A stretch of DNA of 64,000 nt from a virus (taxonomy: Duplodnaviria > Caudoviricetes), in IMG/VR virus record IMGVR_UViG_3300011871_000002, positions 96,001 to 160,000 of that record, one strand, 5' to 3'. The notes beneath the pieces were generated by a model. That model was given only the letters and a program-made list of their open reading frames with translations, ran no database searches and had not been told where the DNA came from. Below, piece after piece: positions 58,381-64,000 of this stretch. Position 1 is the first letter of the stretch. Each line of letters opens with the position of its first letter. A program made the translations under genes and the position numbers.

Positions 58381-59640
58381 ATGTTTGAGACCCTTGGCCT
58401 GTACATGGCCACCTATTCGAAAGCTGTAGCAACCAACCCCATCCTTGCAGGGTTTGCGCTCTGGGGCACGGCTGTTTTGTCTTACCTGCTCAAGAACTTA
58501 CCGCGCGCAATCTGGAACTCCCTGTCGCGTTCCATGACTACCACGGTGGAAATGAACAATGCCGGTTACAGCGGCAATGAATTTCACTTCACGATGTTCC
58601 TGATGTGGTTTATGAAGTCGCCGTGGGCTAAATGGAGCCGCACCATCTATACTGGCCGTGGCTTTACAGGAAACGGTGGAGATTCGACAGTGGTGGGTCC
58701 TGGCATGGGGCGCCACTTCTTCTTTCACAAAGGGCGTCTCTTCTGGTTCAAGAAGTCCCAGATGGAATCTGCTGGAAGCGAGCGCAGCAAAGAAAGTATC
58801 TCGATCACCACGTTCGGGCGCAGTCACAAAGCCATGCTAGACTTGATCAAGGACTTCGAATACAAGCCGAGCAACAATAACGTGGCGGTCTACGAGTACC
58901 ATTCCGGTAACGGTTGGTCCAGTGTGACTGACATCGTAAAGTCTCCCCTCGAATCCATGTTCATCGAGCCAGAGATTCTCGACAAGCTGATTAAATCGCA
59001 CGACCAGTTTGTGCACGAGAAAGAGTGGTACCTCAACCACGGCATGGCGTACAAGATCGCCACGCTCCTCTTCGGGCCACCGGGTACGGGTAAAACCAGC
59101 ATCGTCAAGACACTTGCCAGTTACTACAACCGTAACGTGTGCCTACTCGACTTGAGCGAGATGAGCAATAAGTCGCTCCAGCGTGCACTGGCGACGTTGC
59201 CACCGAATTCAGCGGTTCTGATGGAAGACGTCGATGCGGCCACCGATGCCGTGGAAAGCCGTGAAGAGAAGAAAGCCACTGGCGGCATCAATCTATCGGA
59301 AGTCACGAGCCAGCTGACGCTGGCGGGCTTACTGAATGCGTTAGACGGCATCATCCCACTAAACGACGTGATGGTGTTTCTGACGACGAACAAACCCGAG
59401 AAGCTCGACCCGGCGTTGACTCGCAAAGCACGGGTGGACTATTCGTTCGAGATCGGTTACATGCGTGATCCGCAGATTCATGCTTTCATGAACTACATGT
59501 ACAAGGACGCAGAGAAGTTCAAGCTCATCGAGTTCCCACCGGCGCCGCGCTGTGACGTGCAGGCGGCGTACAAAGAGAACTCGACGTCGGTAGAAGGCTT
59601 CATCAAACAACTGACTCCGCCCGTGAAGTTGGCGGCATAA
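58381..59640 (+). CDS. BCS1-like membrane-anchored AAA+ ATPase
   Basis: N-terminal TM; BCS1_N-like PG.G.HFF.HKG region; GPPGTGKT, LMEDVD, LAGLLNALDG, TTNKPEKLDPAL.R..RVD. Confidence 0.85.
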   Translation: MFETLGLYMATYSKAVATNPILAGFALWGTAVLSYLLKNLPRAIWNSLSRSMTTTVEMNNAGYSGNEFHFTMFLMWFMKSPWAKWSRTIYTGRGFTGNGGDSTVVGPGMGRHFFFHKGRLFWFKKSQMESAGSERSKESISITTFGRSHKAMLDLIKDFEYKPSNNNVAVYEYHSGNGWSSVTDIVKSPLESMFIEPEILDKLIKSHDQFVHEKEWYLNHGMAYKIATLLFGPPGTGKTSIVKTLASYYNRNVCLLDLSEMSNKSLQRALATLPPNSAVLMEDVDAATDAVESREEKKATGGINLSEVTSQLTLAGLLNALDGIIPLNDVMVFLTTNKPEKLDPALTRKARVDYSFEIGYMRDPQIHAFMNYMYKDAEKFKLIEFPPAPRCDVQAAYKENSTSVEGFIKQLTPPVKLAA

Positions 59641-59693
59641 AAAAAGACAGGGGGAGACCCCTGTCTATTAATTTTTTTGCAATCACATATTAC
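59633..59693 (+). promoter_or_regulatory. Terminator hairpin (CGGCATAA motif) followed by a putative early promoter
   Basis: AGACAGGGG-gaga-CCCCTGTCT, then ATCACATATTAC at 59682-59693. Confidence 0.65.
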
Positions 59694-59724
59694 CGTTTGG
59701 TGTCCACTCTAGGAAACAAGAAAA

Positions 59725-60369
59725 ATGAAACTTAAACGAGGCGTTTTCATTACGCTAGAAGGACCAGACGCATGCGGTAAAACTACCCAGTGTGATCATC
59801 TAGTGCAGCTGTTGCAACAAAAAGGTTACACGGTCGTACGAAGTCGCGAGCCGGGCGGTACCCCATTGGCAGAAAAACTGCGTAGCTTAATCATTCACGA
59901 ATCGATGGACCCGCTCGCGGAACTGTTCTTGTTCTTCGCATGTCGGGCAGATAACGTCGAAAAGATCATCAAGCCAGCCATCGCGCGCGGCGAAGTGGTG
60001 GTGTTTGATCGGTTCGTGGATTCTTCGATCGTGTTTCAAGGCTATGGTCGCGGGCTGTTAGAGCAAGCGTATAAACTCAAGGAGTTGTTGTTCGAACGCA
60101 GCAAGATACGCATCGATCACACACTCTACTTCGATATCCCGATGGAGGAAAGTTTCCGTCGCTTGGCGCACCGGAGTGGTGAAGATCGGTTTGAAAAAGA
60201 AGTGGCCGATTTTAAAGCCCGCATTTTCCATGGATACCAGGAAGTCATGGATGAAGTGGAACACCGGGTTACTCGCATCGACGCTGGCGGCTCGATTGAC
60301 GAAGTAAAAGCACTTGTCGAAGAGTGGGTCGAGAAATTTGTCCAAGAACATCCATTGATGGAGAAGTGA
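59725..60369 (+). CDS. tmk: Thymidylate (dTMP) kinase
   Basis: FITLEGPDACGKTTQ, REPGGT, ELFLF.A.R, DRFVDSS..FQG.GRG, DRFE. Confidence 0.95.
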   Translation: MKLKRGVFITLEGPDACGKTTQCDHLVQLLQQKGYTVVRSREPGGTPLAEKLRSLIIHESMDPLAELFLFFACRADNVEKIIKPAIARGEVVVFDRFVDSSIVFQGYGRGLLEQAYKLKELLFERSKIRIDHTLYFDIPMEESFRRLAHRSGEDRFEKEVADFKARIFHGYQEVMDEVEHRVTRIDAGGSIDEVKALVEEWVEKFVQEHPLMEK

Positions 60370-60753
60370 ATGGCTGAAGGAAAGAAAATCAAGGTAGGAC
60401 AATGTCGCGTCAAAAGAATGCGCGAAGGCGGAGGCACCTCCATGCCGTGGACGTGGCAGGAGTGTACGGTCTGCGGTGCGCATGAGGACGAAGAGTGTAA
60501 GCTCTCCGAAGATGCAGTAAGTCGAGAGATGACAAACCGTATTTGGACGGCAGAGACTACATGTAGATCCTATCCGGAAGTAGAATCTGATACGAGAATT
60601 TTCGTAAAGGAACTGTTACGTCAAGAACGCATCAAAACGGGGACGGATAGCGTTAAAGACACAAAAGAAAATCCTCTCATTTTGCTTATCGTTCTTTGCG
60701 CTTTCGTTGCCTTAGGCATTTTGGGTGGTGCTTATCTGTACTGTAAACGATAA
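60370..60753 (+). CDS. Hypothetical protein with CxxC motif and C-terminal TM helix
   Basis: CTVCGAH....C; LILLIVLCAFVALGILGGAYLY. Confidence 0.6.
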   Translation: MAEGKKIKVGQCRVKRMREGGGTSMPWTWQECTVCGAHEDEECKLSEDAVSREMTNRIWTAETTCRSYPEVESDTRIFVKELLRQERIKTGTDSVKDTKENPLILLIVLCAFVALGILGGAYLYCKR

Positions 60754-60764
60754 GGAGAAATGTC

Positions 60765-61133
60765 GTGTTCGCAATTGGCATACGTTTTACGGGCTACAAT
60801 GTCAGTAGCATCGTGGAAGGCAAAAGCATGGCTCAATTTTCGGGCGGCTGTTTCTATCTGTCCGCTCGATTACCGCGCACAAACAAGAGCCCTTGCTGGG
60901 GCTTGACCCAGCACGGTGAAGAACCAACACTCTTCAAGGGGGTGGTGGAAGCCACCGAAATGCTTCAAGATGCATTGGCGTGCCTGACAAAGTACGAATC
61001 CCACGGGGAAGAACTCCGCGCGGCCTTGCAAGAAATTATTGAAGAGATTCCGCAAGGCGTGAATTACTGGACTTTGTTGGAAGTAGTGAAATTCCAACCT
61101 ATCGTTCTCGATACCTTCGAGTTTTCTTTGTAA
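60765..61133 (+). CDS. Hypothetical protein
   Basis: GTG start behind AAGGAG. Confidence 0.6.
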   Translation: MFAIGIRFTGYNVSSIVEGKSMAQFSGGCFYLSARLPRTNKSPCWGLTQHGEEPTLFKGVVEATEMLQDALACLTKYESHGEELRAALQEIIEEIPQGVNYWTLLEVVKFQPIVLDTFEFSL

Positions 61134-61153
61134 TCCATTATCATCTAGAAAGA

Positions 61154-62824
61154 ATGAACATGAAGCAATACACCGATCTCGTTCGTAAGTGCCTGACCCA
61201 AGGCAACATCCGTACCGACCGCACCAATACCGGTACCATCTCCATCTTCGGTCCCCAGATGGAGTTCGACCTGTCCAAGGGCTTCCCGCTCGATACCGGC
61301 CGCCAGCTGTTCCTGCGTGGCATCCTCGAAGAAAACTTCTGGATGCTGCGCGGTTCGACCGACAACAACGAGTTGGTCGAGCGCCGGGTCCACATCTGGG
61401 ACGAGTGGTGCAATACCGAAGTCGAATTCGATGACGATTTTGATAGTCGTCCTATTGTCTACGTAGAGCCGCGCATTAAAGATTATACGTCATACTACAA
61501 ACCTGATTCTTCTGGCGTTTCGGCACCCAACGGAACAATTGATGATAAGCTCCGCTCACAATGGATCAAAATGATGGATCGTTGTTATAATCCGTCCGCA
61601 CATAACTACAGGTACTACGGAGGTCGCAATATCTTCGTTGACGCGCGTTGGCATATTCTTCAAAATTTCATCAACGATGTAAAACAACTTCCCAACTGGA
61701 AGCACAAACTGGCAGACTGGAACAATTATAATCTCGACAAGGATTATTTTAGTTCCAACTGTTATTCCCGAGAAACTTGTTTGTGGCTCAGTAAGCAAGA
61801 AAACGGCATCTATGGTTCGACCAATAGTACCATTATTGTGGTATTCCCTAATGGACATGTTGAACTGTTTATCAGTGTTTCACAATGTGCCGAAGAGTTG
61901 GAGGTTTCGCGGAGTTCGGTACATCGTTTTACAAAAAGCGTACCTGAAGTTCTGAAAGGTGAAAATAAGAAACTTAAAGGCATTCGATTCGGTATTCTGA
62001 GTCAACCCTTCCGTTATGCAATTCCAAAAATTGGTGATCTCGGTCCTATTTATGGAAAACAGTGGCGTTTTTGGGGAGAAGAAAAAATCACCAAAGCTAC
62101 TGTGTTGGAAATCGTCAACAGTAACCTCAATGACGAAGTTCAAATGTTTACCGAACTTAGTAATCTTTTCAAAAATAACGGTATTCATTATTATTCGATC
62201 GCGCAGCGTATCGGTATCGCCGAAGACATGCTGGCCGCTGGCGTGGCCGAGAAGTTCACCCAAGCTGATCTGGATGAATTGAAAGCGTATTGCCAAAATA
62301 CCCAAAGCGAAGAAGGCGCTGCACTTACTGCTTTCGGGAAAGAGCGCGTGAACATGCGCCTCGCCCGATTCGGCATCCCGAAAACGACTACCCGCCGCGC
62401 CACCATCGACCAGATCACCAAGCTGATCGACGACTTGAAGAAGCGCCCCAACTCGCGCCGTCACGTGGTCTCGGCGTGGAATGTGGCTGCTCTGCCAGAC
62501 GAGTCGCTCACGCCCCATCAGAACGTGATGGCTGGCAAGATGGCACTGGCGCCGTGCCACGCGCTGTTCCAGTTCTACGTGGAAGACCGCAGTATTCAGG
62601 ACATGGTCGCGGAACTGCCGGAAAACGTACAGCAGGAATTCAAGTGGTTTAAGAAGGACAACGACCTGATCCACCTCGCTCAGGACATGCTCAGCCTCGA
62701 TGCACTTCCGCAACCGGCGTACTACGAAGCGATGTTTAACTTCGAAAAGCGTGAAAAGCTGATGTCATTCTTCTCGGAGCGCGGCATCAAAACCAAGAAG
62801 CTCTCCTGCAAGCTGTACCAGCGT
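61154..62824 (+). CDS. thyA: Thymidylate synthase exon 1 (contains an in-frame HNH endonuclease insert)
   Basis: [63 protein letters not shown]. Confidence 0.9.
61412..62032 (+). mobile_element. HNH-family homing endonuclease inserted in frame within ThyA (~207 codons)
   Basis: W..M.DRCYNP....Y.YYGGR.I.V..RW...NF..D, LDKD.....YS.ETC.W....EN, C-terminal NUMOD1-like HTH; AT-rich; lies between IWDEWC and GDLGPIYG. Confidence 0.8.
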
Positions 62825-63084
62825 TCCCATTAATCTGAGCGCCCTCTAGGAGTAATCCTAGTTGAATAATCTCTCTAATTGCTGGGAAGTCTCTTTGAGA
62901 CAATCAGCAGCGAAGCTCCTATACTGGAGAACGTTCAACGACTAGCTGAAAAGCGTAGACCCAAGCGGGTCGAAACGGGAGAGGTCCTCAAATCGAGGAT
63001 CGTGATATAGTCTGCTCTGCATGGCGACATGCAGCAGTTCGTAAGAGAACGGGGAAAGCCTAGCGAACTTTCTCGAACATAATG
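62825..63084 (+). ncRNA. ORF-less group I intron (IA-type) in thyA, 260 nt
   Basis: 5' exon ends in U (CGT), intron ends in G. IGS TCTGAGCGC (62834-62842) pairs with both exons. P AATTGCTGGGAA, Q AATCAGCAG, R GTTCAACGACTA, S GATATAGTCT; P7.1/P7.2 hairpins. Splicing restores YQR|[12 protein letters not shown]. Confidence 0.92.
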
Positions 63085-63399
63085 TCAGGAGACATCGTGC
63101 TGGGGGTGCCATTCAATATCGCTGCTTACGCCGCCATGACGATGATGATTGCGCAATGCGTCGACATGGTGCCGGGCATGTTCATCCACACCTTCGGCGA
63201 CGCGCACATCTACAAAAACCACATTCTGCCCAACGCCCAAGGCGAATCGATCCTCACTCAACTGGAGCGGGAAGAGCGCCCGCTGCCAAAATTGTGGATC
63301 AACCCAGAAGTCAAGAACATTTTCGACTTCAAGTATGATGACTTCCGGCTGGAATCGTACCACCCCCATCCGAAAATCGAATATCCAGTAGCAGTTTAA
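63085..63399 (+). CDS. thyA: Thymidylate synthase exon 2
   Basis: [45 protein letters not shown]. Confidence 0.92.
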   Translation, partial: SGDIVLGVPFNIAAYAAMTMMIAQCVDMVPGMFIHTFGDAHIYKNHILPNAQGESILTQLEREERPLPKLWINPEVKNIFDFKYDDFRLESYHPHPKIEYPVAV

Positions 63400-63443
63400 T
63401 CGTCCGCGCCGCCGAGCAATCGGCGGCTTTCCTAGGGAAGAAA

Positions 63444-63941
63444 ATGAAAAAGATTACCATTGTCGCTGCGCTTGATCAACGTGGCGGTATCGGAAAGGCC
63501 GGGGCACTTCCTTGGAAGCTCCCAGAAGACCTGCAACACTTCAAGTGCACGACCGCATACAGTGCCATGATCATGGGGCGCAAGACGTTTGAGTCGATCG
63601 GGCGGGTACTCCCGAATCGCCGTCATGTCGTCGTCACGCGTCAAAAGGGTTGGTCGCATCCGGGCGTGGATGTGGCGCATTCGCTGGAAGAAGCCATCGC
63701 CATGATCAATGACTTGCATGTGTTCGTCATCGGCGGTGGTGAACTCTACAAGCAAGCCCTGCCGCTGTGCGACTACATGGTGTTGACGCACGTGTACGAC
63801 ACGTTCGACTGCGACACCTTCTTCCCGGATTTCAACAGGGGTGAATGGTCGGGGCGTTTCACGGTCGACCATGTTGACGCCGAATCAGGCACACGGTTTT
63901 GCTTTGGTTACTGGCTGCGTCAAGTCGGAGGAAAAGGATAG
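63444..63941 (+). CDS. folA: Dihydrofolate reductase
   Basis: GIG..G.LPW.LPEDL.HFK, IMGRKTFESI, LPNR, VIGGGELY, DTFFP. Confidence 0.95.
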   Translation: MKKITIVAALDQRGGIGKAGALPWKLPEDLQHFKCTTAYSAMIMGRKTFESIGRVLPNRRHVVVTRQKGWSHPGVDVAHSLEEAIAMINDLHVFVIGGGELYKQALPLCDYMVLTHVYDTFDCDTFFPDFNRGEWSGRFTVDHVDAESGTRFCFGYWLRQVGGKG

Positions 63942-64000
63942 TGAACCAGATTCAAGAAGAAGTTGCACGCGTGGTCCACGAAAGTGGTAATCGCGATCCA
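63941..64000 (+). CDS. Start of a hypothetical ORF (truncated by window edge)
   Basis: GTG overlapping the folA stop, behind GGAGG/AAGGA; frame open to the window end. Confidence 0.45.
   Translation, partial: MNQIQEEVARVVHESGNRDP

Noticed and set aside
15258-59640. Six ORFs ending in -AA as ClpXP degrons
   Set aside because: Three are explained by overlap with a GCATAA motif at the stop codon; the rest could be chance in an Ala-rich proteome.
61409-62032. ThyA insert as an intein (it begins at Cys)
   Set aside because: No block A/B motifs and no terminal His-Asn followed by C/S/T; the insert ends ...YAIPKI|GDLG.
63082-63399. Independent 105-aa gene or thyA pseudogene
   Set aside because: The ATG's G is the intron's terminal G; splicing restores a canonical YQRSGD motif.

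Overview
This 64-kb window comes from a phiKZ-like, nucleus-forming jumbo phage (Chimalliviridae-type). Orthology calls rest on motifs, lengths and synteny recalled from phiKZ and PhiPA3; no searches were run. Left to right: (1) SbcD-like nuclease; ChmC-like RNA-binding protein; gp68-like non-virion RNAP specificity subunit; PicA/Imp1-like import factor; nvRNAP beta-C and beta'-C subunits; SF2 helicase. (2) Early accessory islet with a paralogous pair, an Ntn/HslV-like protease and a DarG-like macrodomain. (3) Minus-strand gene pair that appears joined by a -1 frameshift at U UUU UUU. (4) Virion RNAP beta' middle subunit followed by an AT-rich free-standing HNH endonuclease. (5) Muramidase-like protein lacking the catalytic Glu, and the split PolB exonuclease subunit. 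(6) Long virion block with inner-head proteins carrying S/A/G-x-E cleavage sites. (7) Fibre/spike cluster with beta-helix and Ig-like domains. (8) Early locus with a secreted-looking protein and a densely structured ~300-nt RNA. (9) BCS1-like AAA ATPase and a tmk-thyA-folA cluster. Most notable: (a) thyA carries a whole HNH endonuclease fused in frame (neither intein nor intron) plus an ORF-less group I intron; (b) the -1 frameshift candidate at 17253-17259; (c) the free-standing HNH gene has a 15-bp hairpin masking its RBS and start, with a late-promoter-like TATG in the loop, and sits between duplicated 3' ends of the vRNAP gene; (d) adjacent fibre proteins share a C-terminal/N-terminal module; (e) the structured RNA at 55.55-55.83 kb. 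No tRNA, rRNA or CRISPR array was seen.
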